Source of the DNA: Candidatus Lokiarchaeum ossiferum
GTDB taxonomy: Archaea > Asgardarchaeota > Lokiarchaeia > Sigyniarchaeales > Promethearchaeaceae
Direction of reading: 5' to 3'
DNA length: 32,000 nt
Assembly: GCA_025839675.1 (NCBI GenBank)
Contig: CP104013.1
Location: forward strand, 2,910,001 to 2,942,000
This document shows, piece by piece, positions 15,442-24,619 of this stretch. A program made the position numbers and the translations under genes. Below the pieces are notes generated by a model. That model was not told the DNA's origin and searched no databases. It was given only the letters and a program-made list of their open reading frames with translations. Each line of letters begins with the position of its first letter. The first letter of the stretch is position 1.

Positions 15442-16344
15442 CTACAAGGATGATTTGATCTGTTTTGCTCGAGTTCGTAAAGTTACTTCAGTTATTCGCG
15501 CAGTATCGGCAATTTCAGTCTGTGTTTTTCGTTCAACTGTTGGTTTAGCGGCCAGATACAATGCTGCTGCCGCCAATCCTTTAGGGTCTTTTCCCATCTT
15601 TTGAAGGCCATGTTTAAGTGCTAAGCGAAGTAAATCTGAAGCCTTTTTTTGAATACTTACGGAAATATTAAGATCATTTCCAAATCGGAATACAAGGGGT
15701 TCTGGGGAAACTGGTCGATATTTCATATTCAGAACTGGAAGCACATTCCGTACAACTAAACCTAATGATCTGTGAACCCCTCTTAAAGGAAGCATTGCAA
15801 CATCCACAATTTCTTCTAATAAACGTGGAAAGTTATGAATTCGAATTGCGGCATAAGTAGAAGCAGCAACAAAAGAATCTATTGACCGTCCCATTGTTAA
15901 TTTTTGTTTGGCGACTTCAGAGTAGATCTTCCACGCAGTTTCTAAGATATGATCGGGAATATTAAGCTTTTTAGCTAATTGATTAATTTTTGGTCGTGCT
16001 TCCCAGAAATTTCGTTCAAGGGAATTTACTAACGATCCTTGAATTTTGGAGAGCCTGTTGAACATTGATTTCTGCTTCCCGACTAAAGCTTGTCCTTTGG
16101 AATCAGAACTATTCACACCAATTACTGTTCGTGGACCATAATTTCTCCAACGAGGTTCGGTTCGCCGACGATTTTTAACTTCATCGGCTGTATAAGCCCG
16201 TTTTTCAGCAGAAACATAAGCACGTCCTAAAACTAAACCACAGTTAGTGCACACACGCATACCTTCATTATTGACAAGTATTTCAGGAGTAGGGCAGCAT
16301 TGTTCATCTTCATAATCTTTTTCATAAAATCTTGGAATGGCCAT
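15442..16344 (-). CDS. tfb: Transcription initiation factor B (TFIIB homologue), divergent N-terminus
   Basis: N-terminal Zn-ribbon-like CCPTPEILVNNEGMRVCTNCGLVL, two cyclin-fold repeats (GRSIDSFVAASTYAAIRIHNFPRLLEEI and GKDPKGLAAAALYLAA) and the C-terminal KTQTEIADTARITEVTLRTR. Confidence 0.9.
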   Translation of the reverse strand: MAIPRFYEKDYEDEQCCPTPEILVNNEGMRVCTNCGLVLGRAYVSAEKRAYTADEVKNRRRTEPRWRNYGPRTVIGVNSSDSKGQALVGKQKSMFNRLSKIQGSLVNSLERNFWEARPKINQLAKKLNIPDHILETAWKIYSEVAKQKLTMGRSIDSFVAASTYAAIRIHNFPRLLEEIVDVAMLPLRGVHRSLGLVVRNVLPVLNMKYRPVSPEPLVFRFGNDLNISVSIQKKASDLLRLALKHGLQKMGKDPKGLAAAALYLAAKPTVERKTQTEIADTARITEVTLRTRAKQIKSSL

Positions 16345-16750
16345 AGTGAATCAGTTGTTTTGATTGTTTAGTAATTGATAATTATTAATAGAAATTTGCC
16401 CATTATAGTCCCACAGAACTGTAATTTTTAGTTATTTCTATATATTTTGTAGTCATACACATATTAATCTGTTCGCATTATAAAAATTTCAAGGCTTCCA
16501 ACACAGAATTCAACACCCAAAACCAATAAAAATCGATTCACCATTTTCTAGAAATTCAAGAAATTAGTTGTCAATGGAATAATTCCAATTCTCTAATGAA
16601 TTAACACAAATGTCAAAGCTAAAAGCTAATTTAATCGGAATTTTTCCAAAAAAAGACAAAAGTATTGGAAATAAAAGCAAAAAAAGACAAACATTCATTT
16701 TTGTAATAATTTCTTTATATACAACTTCAATCGTTTAAATAGAAATTATA

Positions 16751-16770
16751 AAATAAAAATAAAAAAAAGA
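16751..16770 (-). terminator. Oligo-T terminator downstream of rtcB
   Basis: The minus strand reads TCTCTTTTTTTTATTTTTATTT immediately after the rtcB stop (16773-16775). Archaeal termination typically occurs at such T-runs. Confidence 0.4.
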
Positions 16771-16772
16771 GA

Positions 16773-18239
16773 TTATCCCTTAGTTACTCCAATTGGAACT
16801 AAACGTGCCACTTTCTTCACGATTCCTAAATTATGAGATACACCAACAACTTCATCAATGTTTTTGTAAGCAAGAGGAGCTTCTTCCGCGAGCACTTTCA
16901 AGGATGCGGCTCTAACAGATATTCCTCGATCATTTAATTCTTGTTTGATATTTTTACCAAAGAATTTGCGTTTTGCTTTGGATCGACTCATTTCTCGTCC
17001 TCCACCATGTGCTGTTGACGCAAAACTGAGATCCATTGCTTTTTGTTGACCCACACATAAGTAAGATGAAGTCCCCATAGAACCAGGAATTAAAACGGGT
17101 TGACCAATTTCACGATAATTTAAAGGTACATCCTTATGACCGGGTGGAAATGCGCGAGTAGCACCTTTTCGGTGAACATTTACCATTCCCCGTTTTCCAT
17201 CTCCAAGATCATGTTCTTCTTGTTTCAAAATATTATGGGCTAAACCATAAACTAATTCCATATCCTCTGGTTTCACGTTTAAAACGTTATTAAATGCCCC
17301 ACGAGCCCAATGCATGATTATATGACGATTGGTCCAAGCAAAATTAGCCGCAGCGCGCATTTGAGCTAAATATCTATCAGCTTCTTTAGTTCCAGATATT
17401 ACATAACCAAGTTCTCGATCAGGAGCAATAATTCCCTCCCGATGCATCAAATGATCAATTTCTTGCAAAGAATCGGTACAAATCTGGTGACCCATGGCCC
17501 GACTTCCGGTATGAATCATAACGGTGACTTGATCTTTCTCAATACCCATAATTTTTGCTGCAACGGGATCCAGTATTTCAGCCACTTTTTGAATTTCAAT
17601 AAAATGATTACCCGATCCTAAAGAACCTAATTGTCGAATTCCTCGGGCTTTTGCTTTTGCTGAGACTATTGAACTATCAGCACCTTGGGTAAACCCATTA
17701 TCTTCACAATTCACACGATCTTTCTCGAATCCATACCCATTATCAATTGCCCAATTTATCCCTTCATCCAGAACTCTATCGAGATCCGTATTTGTAATTT
17801 TCAACTTTCCACGAGAACCCAATCCACTTGGAATCGCTTGAAATAAGGCTTCTGTCAATTCAGGAAGTACTGGAGCAACTTCAGCATATTTTAGGGGTGT
17901 TCGTAATAGCCGAACCCCGCAATTAATATCATACCCCACTCCCCCTGGTGAAATAGCCCCCCCTTCAACATCGGTCGCAGCCACCCCCCCTATACAAAAC
18001 CCATACCCTTGATGGGCATCGGACATCGCAATCACTTGTTTTCGAATTCCAGGTAAGCACGCTACATTCGTAATTTGGTCAACACTTTTATCTCGTGCAA
18101 TTCGTTCCATTAAATATTCGTTAGCATATATACGAGCCGGCACAGCCATTGTAAAATTCATAATGGTTTCATTAAACTTTACAACTTTCATTTCCGGGGA
18201 AACCTCATAGATGCCCTCATCAACACGTCTTGGAATCAT
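16773..18239 (-). CDS. rtcB: RNA-splicing ligase RtcB
   Basis: 488 aa with GVGYDINCGVR, GSGNHFIEIQ, HTGSRAMGHQ and a normal length (no intein). AAAGGAGAG lies 9 nt upstream of the ATG. Confidence 0.95.
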   Translation of the reverse strand: MIPRRVDEGIYEVSPEMKVVKFNETIMNFTMAVPARIYANEYLMERIARDKSVDQITNVACLPGIRKQVIAMSDAHQGYGFCIGGVAATDVEGGAISPGGVGYDINCGVRLLRTPLKYAEVAPVLPELTEALFQAIPSGLGSRGKLKITNTDLDRVLDEGINWAIDNGYGFEKDRVNCEDNGFTQGADSSIVSAKAKARGIRQLGSLGSGNHFIEIQKVAEILDPVAAKIMGIEKDQVTVMIHTGSRAMGHQICTDSLQEIDHLMHREGIIAPDRELGYVISGTKEADRYLAQMRAAANFAWTNRHIIMHWARGAFNNVLNVKPEDMELVYGLAHNILKQEEHDLGDGKRGMVNVHRKGATRAFPPGHKDVPLNYREIGQPVLIPGSMGTSSYLCVGQQKAMDLSFASTAHGGGREMSRSKAKRKFFGKNIKQELNDRGISVRAASLKVLAEEAPLAYKNIDEVVGVSHNLGIVKKVARLVPIGVTKG

Positions 18240-18648
18240 TTGTTTAATCTCTCCTTTAAATTTCTTAGATTTACAAGATACTTATATTAAAATGAGAAGC
18301 ACGCAGTTTTATCTGCATTCCCAAGAGAATAGTCCATTCAACCCAATAGTACACCATCTATCGCAAAAATGTACTAGCATTTTGAACATGTTTATAGCAA
18401 ACATCATCCAAAGGTAAGGTTTTTGAATCACCCATTCTATATTCAAACGTAAAGGACCTTTTTGGCCCCTACATTCAAGTTTAAGTCGGAAATCTACTCA
18501 TGTTTTCTCAGTTTTCTTGCAAATGAATATTATAGATAAGCTATTTTTACGTTTTAAACTTGAGGTTGTTTTTTATAAGGAATTTTTTTCATCTTTATCG
18601 ATAAAAAAAATAAGGTCTTAAAGACGATCATGCATTAACCTACATACG

Positions 18649-20127
18649 ATGACAAAACTACCATTCGTAGAATCTAGTGATGAAGAAGAGAATAAATCAT
18701 CTTTAGAAAAAAAATTAGCTACCAAATATGAATTTGGTTGGGATATATTTACGGATAATCAAAAAAAAGAAGTTTTTTCACTTGCAGAAGATTATCTCGA
18801 ATTTTTACGCGCGGCTCGTACGGAAAGAGAACGGACCATTTGGACATCAAAATATGTCGAGGAACGCGGTTTCAAACGGCTAGAAATTGGGAAGAACGTA
18901 TCAGTTTTAAATCCTGGAGATAAAGTTTATTACGTCAATCGATTTAAGAATGTCGCAATAGCAGTTATTGGACAAAAATCGATGCTAGAAAAAACACATA
19001 TCATTGGATCTCACATTGATACCCCTCGTATGGACTTAAAAATGCGCCCGCTTTATGAAGATGGAAAGGCGAGTGTTGCAATGTTAAAAACACACTATTA
19101 CGGAGGTTTAAAGAAATATCAATGGGCGTGTATTCCACTACATATGACTGGAATTATAGTAAAGCGTGATGGAACCAAGATAAATGTTGAAATTGGCAAA
19201 GATCCAAAAGATCCGGTATTTGTTATTCCTGATATTCTCCCCCATCTAATGGCAAACGTTCAAGCAAAAAGAACCACAACAACTGTCATTAAAGGTGAAG
19301 AACTAAATCTTTTGGCAGGTGGTTTCCCCATCAGTAAAGAAGAGGATAAGAAAGCCAAAAACCGATTTAAATTATATATTTTAAAATTATTAAATGAAAA
19401 ATATGACATCATTGAAGAAGATCTCCAATCCGCTGAGTTGAACATTGTTTCAGGATTAGATCCTCGTTATGTTGGTTTCGATAAGAGCATGATAGGAGCT
19501 GCAGGTCATGATGATGGAGTCTGCACTTGGACGGGTATTCGCGCATTAGTTGATCTTAAGGAAACCCCAAAAAACACTGCTGTTATGTCTATTTTTGATA
19601 AGGAAGAAATAGGAAGTAATGGTAATACAGGAGCTCAATCTGCTTGGATTCGATTTGTGATGAATGATCTTATGGTCCGAACTGGCATTCCAGAATCACT
19701 TACAAACATGCATTTAACTCTGTCCAATTCTATGATGCTTTCTGCAGATGTTGGAGCAGCCATCAACCCAATATTCCCAACAGTTCATGATCCACTCAAC
19801 GCAGCGATTTTGGGAAAAGGAGTTGTAGTTGAAAAGCATACTGGTGCCCGAGGGAAAAGCTCTTCTTCCGATGTACTTGCGGAAGTAATGGCATATCTCA
19901 GGAATATATTTGATGAAGGCAAGATCCCTTACCAAGTAGTTGAATTAGGAGCTGTAGATGAGGGCGGCGGGGGAACTATTGCAAAATTCTTTGCCGAAAG
20001 TTTCAATTGTGATGTTGTAGACGTTGGTACACCTGTTATTGGGATGCACAGCCCATATGAAATTGTTCACGTTGCAGATCTGTATGCGACTTATCTCGCC
20101 TATAAAGTCTTTTATGAAGCTAAATAA
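18649..20127 (+). CDS. M18-family aminopeptidase ('aminopeptidase 1' type)
   Basis: 492 aa with GSHIDTPRMDLK, HYYGGLKKYQW, AGHDDGVC, FDKEEIGS, DEGGGGTIAKF and GMHSPYE. Confidence 0.85.
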   Translation: MTKLPFVESSDEEENKSSLEKKLATKYEFGWDIFTDNQKKEVFSLAEDYLEFLRAARTERERTIWTSKYVEERGFKRLEIGKNVSVLNPGDKVYYVNRFKNVAIAVIGQKSMLEKTHIIGSHIDTPRMDLKMRPLYEDGKASVAMLKTHYYGGLKKYQWACIPLHMTGIIVKRDGTKINVEIGKDPKDPVFVIPDILPHLMANVQAKRTTTTVIKGEELNLLAGGFPISKEEDKKAKNRFKLYILKLLNEKYDIIEEDLQSAELNIVSGLDPRYVGFDKSMIGAAGHDDGVCTWTGIRALVDLKETPKNTAVMSIFDKEEIGSNGNTGAQSAWIRFVMNDLMVRTGIPESLTNMHLTLSNSMMLSADVGAAINPIFPTVHDPLNAAILGKGVVVEKHTGARGKSSSSDVLAEVMAYLRNIFDEGKIPYQVVELGAVDEGGGGTIAKFFAESFNCDVVDVGTPVIGMHSPYEIVHVADLYATYLAYKVFYEAK

Positions 20128-20250
20128 ATATGATGAAATTTATTACCTTTTTTTTTATCTTAATTGGTCATGGTGTTTATATAATTGCAAAACTGGACAG
20201 TTGCATCTCATTTTTTTGTAAAAATTTTGAAAAAAAAGTATGACAAACAT

Positions 20251-22344
20251 CTACAAGTTTTTCACTTCATTGAAGAGTTGATCAGAAGCGGCCTTTAATT
20301 CTTCTGCACCAGCACTTAATTCTTCTAGGGTAGCAGCCATTTCTTCTGTGGAGGATGAAACTTCTTCTGTAATAGAGGAATTTTGTTCCACAACAGCGTT
20401 TATTTTTTCTACATTCTTAGCAATATCCTTGATATGAGTATCTTCATTTTCAATATTTGATGCAGATTCGGTGATTCCAACATCTGTTTGTACAATAACA
20501 TCAAAGAGTGATTTAAGTTGACTTCGAGTTTCTTGAATTGCAGTTATTCCAGCCTCAACAGATTGAGATGTAGCGGTTGTATTACCCACAGCTTCGCTAA
20601 TACCATCTAAAATAATTTTAATCAACTCATTAATTTGATCTGCAGCTTGCTTCGAATCTTCAGCGAGTTTACGCACTTGTTCCGCCACTACAGCAAACCC
20701 CTTCCCAGCATCACCAGCACGGGCCGCTTCAATTGCAGCGTTAAGAGCGAGTAAATTTGTTTCTGTTGCAATTCCTGAAATTACATCAACAATTTTATTA
20801 ATTGCCTGACTTTTTTCGGATAGCTCATTCATTACCATATTCACTTTACTGGCATTTTTACTGATGTCGTCCATTTTTTCATTGATATTATCGGTCAATC
20901 GTTCACTTTCACGGGCCATCTCTTTACCATTCCGCGAAAGATCAACAACATGGCTAATTTTTCCAACAACTTCGGAGCTTAATATTTGAATTTGCTCAAC
21001 CGCAGAGAGAATGTCATTCAAAGTTTGCGTCTGTACCTGAGCACCATTTGCGACTTCTTGAGAACCGGAAGTGATTTCTTGAACAGAAATATTGATTTGA
21101 CCTGTCGAATCAGCAATTTGAGAGGCCATGCTGTTTACTTCTTCGGCAATCACTTTTACAGAAGATGAAAATCCTTTTTTGGCAGTAATATCTTGGAATT
21201 GTTGAAGAGAATATTGTAGATCACCACCTTCATTAAACAACGAAAATGTATAAACATCAAGATAGACTTTCTTATTGGTTTTAGGATTAAGAAATATGTA
21301 GCTATCTTCAATAATTTTCTTGGTTTTTACTGCTTGCGCAATTAAAGTTTCGTTTTGACTTTGTATTTTTTCTTGGAATACTTCATAACTGATTTTGCCT
21401 ATAATTTCATTTTGGGATAATCCAAATATTCTAATTAGGGAATTATTTATCCGTTCAATCTCAAATCGAGGATTTATAACTGCCATAGGGGTAGGCATTT
21501 TATCAATGATTCCATTTATAATTTGCATTTCTTCTTTGATTTTGGTAACCATCAGAGAAAAGGAATGGGATAAATCTCCGAATTCATCATCAGATTGAGT
21601 TTCAATTTGTACCGTATAATTACCTTCCGCCACTTTCGTACTACCTTTGGATAAGATTTTGAGTGGCTTTACAATGACATAGTTGCTACTTACCACAAGT
21701 AAACCAGTTCCGAGGATTGCCACAATTACCGTAATCAATATCGAGGTATTTATTTGAGCTTGGACAATGTCATCTACATCATTAATATAAATTCCTGTCC
21801 CCACGATCCACCCCCAAGCATCTAATTTACGAACATATGACTTTTTAGGTTCAATTCGATTTTCATCACTATAGTATTTCCATTCATAATCAACAAATCC
21901 ATCTTTATCGGTTTCCTCACATGTTTGCATCATTTCAACGAATAAATGCTTCCCATTAGGATCAACATTTCCAGATATATCAGTACCATCAAGATGGGGG
22001 GAATTTGGATGCATGACCATATAAGGTGTATTATCAATTGTTTCCTGAATCCAAAAATAATCGAGAAGATCGGATCCATAACGATAATTTTTTATCATCT
22101 CTTTTGCAGTATTTTTTGCTTCAATTTCAGTGATATTACCATCAGTGAAATAATTATAGTATTGCAATATAGAGGATTCCGCCAAGTCCACCATGCTTTT
22201 CAAGTTATTTTCCTTTTCAAGATACATATTGCTTCGTGTTTGAATTGAAGTAGATAGTACAGTTGCCACAGAAAACAACACAATTGGAACAAGTCCAATG
22301 GCTAAAATTTTTATCCGAATAGATATTCTTACACTTTTATTCAT
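20251..22344 (-). CDS. Methyl-accepting chemotaxis protein (TM, Cache-like, TM, HAMP, PAS, MA domain)
   Basis: 697 aa. N-terminal TM helix; extracytoplasmic Cache-like region ([20 protein letters not shown]); second TM; HAMP ([12 protein letters not shown]); PAS-like segment. The C-terminal signalling domain carries the conserved hairpin [41 protein letters not shown] lies 10 nt upstream of the ATG. Confidence 0.9.
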   Translation of the reverse strand: MNKSVRISIRIKILAIGLVPIVLFSVATVLSTSIQTRSNMYLEKENNLKSMVDLAESSILQYYNYFTDGNITEIEAKNTAKEMIKNYRYGSDLLDYFWIQETIDNTPYMVMHPNSPHLDGTDISGNVDPNGKHLFVEMMQTCEETDKDGFVDYEWKYYSDENRIEPKKSYVRKLDAWGWIVGTGIYINDVDDIVQAQINTSILITVIVAILGTGLLVVSSNYVIVKPLKILSKGSTKVAEGNYTVQIETQSDDEFGDLSHSFSLMVTKIKEEMQIINGIIDKMPTPMAVINPRFEIERINNSLIRIFGLSQNEIIGKISYEVFQEKIQSQNETLIAQAVKTKKIIEDSYIFLNPKTNKKVYLDVYTFSLFNEGGDLQYSLQQFQDITAKKGFSSSVKVIAEEVNSMASQIADSTGQINISVQEITSGSQEVANGAQVQTQTLNDILSAVEQIQILSSEVVGKISHVVDLSRNGKEMARESERLTDNINEKMDDISKNASKVNMVMNELSEKSQAINKIVDVISGIATETNLLALNAAIEAARAGDAGKGFAVVAEQVRKLAEDSKQAADQINELIKIILDGISEAVGNTTATSQSVEAGITAIQETRSQLKSLFDVIVQTDVGITESASNIENEDTHIKDIAKNVEKINAVVEQNSSITEEVSSSTEEMAATLEELSAGAEELKAASDQLFNEVKNL

Positions 22345-22520
22345 TATATAAAGGCACCTCTACTGAATTGATTCGATAGAAATTGAACAACTCCAATAAA
22401 AAATAATAGTTCTGTTTCTGAATAAAGTTGTACAGTTATGTAACACAAAACCCAATTAGCACCTTTAAAACCTTCCATTGAAAGATGATTTTTTTAAATT
22501 AGCGAAACATAAATTTTTAA

Positions 22521-22532
22521 TTTTTTAAAATA
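22521..22532 (+). promoter_or_regulatory. TATA-like box for the tRNA-Thr gene
   Basis: TTTTTTAAAATA is centred about 30 nt upstream of tRNA position 1 (22558), the usual archaeal TATA-to-TSS distance. Confidence 0.35.
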
Positions 22533-22557
22533 CTGATTTAGCTACAAAGAATTTTTT

Positions 22558-22630
22558 GCCAGTGTGGCTTAGCGGCTATAGCGCTTGATTCGTAATCAAG
22601 ATGCCGGGGGTTCAAATCCCCCCATTGGCT
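22558..22630 (+). tRNA. tRNA-Thr (anticodon CGU), no intron, no encoded CCA
   Basis: Manual cloverleaf. Acceptor GCCAGTG/CATTGGC (one G-U pair). D arm GCTT..TAGC with a T13-T22 mismatch. Anticodon stem CTTGA/TCAAG with loop TTCGTAA. 5-nt variable loop ATGCC. T arm GGGGG-TTCAAAT-CCCCC. Discriminator T. 73 nt in total. Confidence 0.9.
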
Positions 22631-22660
22631 CCCTTTTCAGGTTTGGAGCAGAGATTATAT

Positions 22661-23134
22661 ATGCAAAGTCCAACTCATATTCTCACCGGTATTTTTCTTT
22701 ATAAATTGATAATAGCACTTTTTCCGACACTTCCCACAATGTGGCTCGTGATAATCACCTCAATATTAGCATTTCTCTCACATGGATTGATAGATGCAAT
22801 AGCAGTAATGACATATCATCCTTATAAAGCCAATTGGGAAGATAAATTCTTTAAAATATACCATATAGTTTTTGTTTATATCCTAACAGGGGTTTTAGTT
22901 ATTTATTTTTTAATTCCATATTGGTGGGTAATGATCTTTGCATTATTACCGGATTTAATTGATTGGTACACATTGAGGCCAATTTGGCACCACGATCCTG
23001 TAATTCACCCAAAAATTGATCTCTTTCGGGATAAGTTTTTCCATTGGCTACCTGATTTAAAAGAAGAACGGTGGGCAGTGTTGGTTGAGTTTTTTTTGCT
23101 CTTAGTATTGGGAATTGGAATAACTTTATTATGA
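22661..23134 (+). CDS. Polytopic membrane protein, YdjM/DUF457-like putative membrane-bound hydrolase
   Basis: The ORF-track start (22601) lies inside the tRNA, so I use the first clear ATG at 22661 (157 aa). Hydrophobic throughout, with THILTG, LSHGLIDA and ALLPDLIDW resembling YdjM-family motifs. Confidence 0.5.
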   Translation: MQSPTHILTGIFLYKLIIALFPTLPTMWLVIITSILAFLSHGLIDAIAVMTYHPYKANWEDKFFKIYHIVFVYILTGVLVIYFLIPYWWVMIFALLPDLIDWYTLRPIWHHDPVIHPKIDLFRDKFFHWLPDLKEERWAVLVEFFLLLVLGIGITLL

Positions 23135-23189
23135 AAAAAAACAAGGAATTCCGAATATTTTTAAGATGCAATCTCTAATCTATCTCATT

Positions 23190-23753
23190 ATGAAAGTTAT
23201 TGGGATAAATGGAAGTACTCGGGCGAATGGAAATACTCAAGCTGCTTTAAAAGAATTTGGGAGAGTGTTGCAATTGGCTGGTCATGAGATGGAAATTATC
23301 GAACTTCGGAAAATGAAACTTAATCCTTGCCATGCGTGCGGACAATGTAGCGGCACAAAAATGTGTGTTCAGAAAGATGATATAAATGAAATTTTCCAAA
23401 AACTGGATGGTGCTGATGGAATTGTACTCGCGTCACCGGTATATTTCTCTAATGTTACTGCACGGATGGCGATGTTTATAGAACGAACAGGTACCATGTT
23501 TTGTGCTAATGAGCGATGTTTCAAGGGAAAAATAGGCGCTTCCATTGCCGTCGCTCGTCGTGCGGGTACGAATGTTGTTTATGCAATGTTAAATTACTAC
23601 TTTGGGATTGGAGAAATGCCTATTGCATCTTCACGTTATTGGAATAATATTATGGCGCGAGATAGAGGAGATTATGATCAAGATGAAGAGGGAATTAAGA
23701 TTATTCAAACTTTAGCACACAATATGAGCAATATGTTAGAAAAACTGAGATGA
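23190..23753 (+). CDS. Iron-sulfur flavoprotein (Isf-type, NAD(P)H-dependent FMN-reductase fold)
   Basis: MKVIGINGSTRANGNT is a flavodoxin-like N-terminus. The compact cluster motif CHACGQCSGTKMC (CX2CX2CX5C) and ADGIVLASPVYFSNVTA are present. The ATG at 23190 is preferred over 23166. Confidence 0.8.
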   Translation: MKVIGINGSTRANGNTQAALKEFGRVLQLAGHEMEIIELRKMKLNPCHACGQCSGTKMCVQKDDINEIFQKLDGADGIVLASPVYFSNVTARMAMFIERTGTMFCANERCFKGKIGASIAVARRAGTNVVYAMLNYYFGIGEMPIASSRYWNNIMARDRGDYDQDEEGIKIIQTLAHNMSNMLEKLR

Positions 23754-23776
23754 AAAAAGAAAGAACTATAATAATT

Positions 23777-23932
23777 TTATTTTTTTTTATCTTGGTCTGA
23801 AATTTGATTGGTAGTTGGAGTCAAACCTTTAAAACTACTCTCCATCCTATCTATACGCAAATTAATTTCATCTAACTTTTCTAAAATTTCATAAAACCGG
23901 GATCCGAGACTAGCAAAGTGATTTTTCGACAA
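23777..23932 (-). CDS. Candidate small protein (51 aa), absent from the ORF track
   Basis: TTG start at 23932 preceded by AGGTG with a 5-nt spacer, and TTATATA about 38 nt upstream. Translation: (M)SKNHFASLGSRFYEILEKLDEINLRIDRMESSFKGLTPTTNQISDQDKKK, helix-like. Caveat: there is no ATG until codon 30, and the KKK tail coincides with the T-run that probably terminates the Isf-type gene (23190..23753). Confidence 0.3.
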   Translation of the reverse strand: MSKNHFASLGSRFYEILEKLDEINLRIDRMESSFKGLTPTTNQISDQDKKK

Positions 23933-24003
23933 AATTACACCTAATTATATCTTGGAGTTTATCTATATAAGCCTAAGCATTGGCCCCTCTTTGCAATATA
24001 ATT

Positions 24004-24480
24004 ATGGGGAATGGATTCCCAAAATCTTATTTGTTGCTTTTCATTGGAATTAATGTGCGTCGTGAAACTTTTCTTCTACAAGTTTTTGAACCGGTTAAAA
24101 TTAAAAATGAATTATATGGAAAATCCATTTCAATTAACCATCCAAAGAAATCCATTAAATTTACCTCAGCATTTCATGCTCCCACTTACATCCAATATGA
24201 GGACATAGAGGAAATAACAATTTCCTATGATCGTAAAATAACACTTTTGGTTTTGGGATTTTTAACATTTTTTGTCTTTATTGGGATCTTCATTCTATTT
24301 TTCCGAACTCATTTACCCCCATGGCACATCAAAATTGCTATAAAGGATCAAATCAAACCAATTTCAATCCGCGCCCGAATGAAGGATGAGGAAGCAGCCG
24401 CTTTGGCGGATTTTTGTACCCTCAAAATTCCTACAAAATTGCTTGTTCATGAGAAAAAAGCCAGAAAAATGGCTAAATAG
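24004..24480 (+). CDS. Hypothetical single-pass membrane protein
   Basis: ORF 23980..24480 begins at a TTG; the first ATG is at 24004. It has one clear TM helix (ITLLVLGFLTFFVFIGIFILFF). I recognise no family. Confidence 0.45.
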   Translation: MGNGFPKSYLLLFIGINVRRETFLLQVFEPVKIKNELYGKSISINHPKKSIKFTSAFHAPTYIQYEDIEEITISYDRKITLLVLGFLTFFVFIGIFILFFRTHLPPWHIKIAIKDQIKPISIRARMKDEEAAALADFCTLKIPTKLLVHEKKARKMAK

Positions 24481-24619
24481 TGTGCTTAGGATGAAGAAAT
24501 TTTTTATGTCATTACTCTAACGATCTTGTAGATTGATTAGGAATATATATATGGATGAAGGAAAGTAAGTAAGTTGTTGTTACAATTCATTTTATGGTGT
24601 AACTGAGGAAAATATCACA

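Noticed and set aside
16610-16738. 42-aa plus-strand ORF (MSKLKANLIGIFPKKDKSIGNKSKKRQTFIFVIISLYTTSIV) upstream of tfb.
   Set aside because: It has no SD-like motif and lies in A-rich spacer DNA. The 14-nt direct repeat inside it falls in two different frames, so the repeat is not a coding feature. It is probably not translated.
18211-18417. 68-aa ORF in the divergent rtcB/aminopeptidase spacer, and the similar ORF 20024..20221 at the aminopeptidase 3' end.
   Set aside because: The first starts inside rtcB on the opposite strand and runs through promoter DNA. The second overlaps the aminopeptidase C-terminus out of frame. Neither has a start context or a recognisable sequence.
22601-22660. 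The ORF-track start of ORF 22601..23134 (MPGVQIPPLAPF...).
   Set aside because: The first 30 nt lie inside the tRNA-Thr gene (22558..22630), and the translated T-arm gives the odd G/P-rich N-terminus. The hydrophobic protein most plausibly begins at ATG 22661.
23041-23049. A possible att-site repeat of the tRNA-Thr 3' end (CCATTGGCT), which would suggest an integrated element downstream of the tRNA.
   Set aside because: The match is only 9 nt and lies inside a CDS. There is no integrase or other mobile-element gene and no longer duplication of the tRNA 3' half, which is consistent with chance.
24551-24606. A candidate C/D-box sRNA (TGGATGA ... CTGA, about 50 nt apart).
   Set aside because: The C box is imperfect (TGGATGA, not RTGATGA) and no internal C'/D' boxes are present. 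The CTGAGGA is better explained as the GAGGA Shine-Dalgarno of the 24620 gene.
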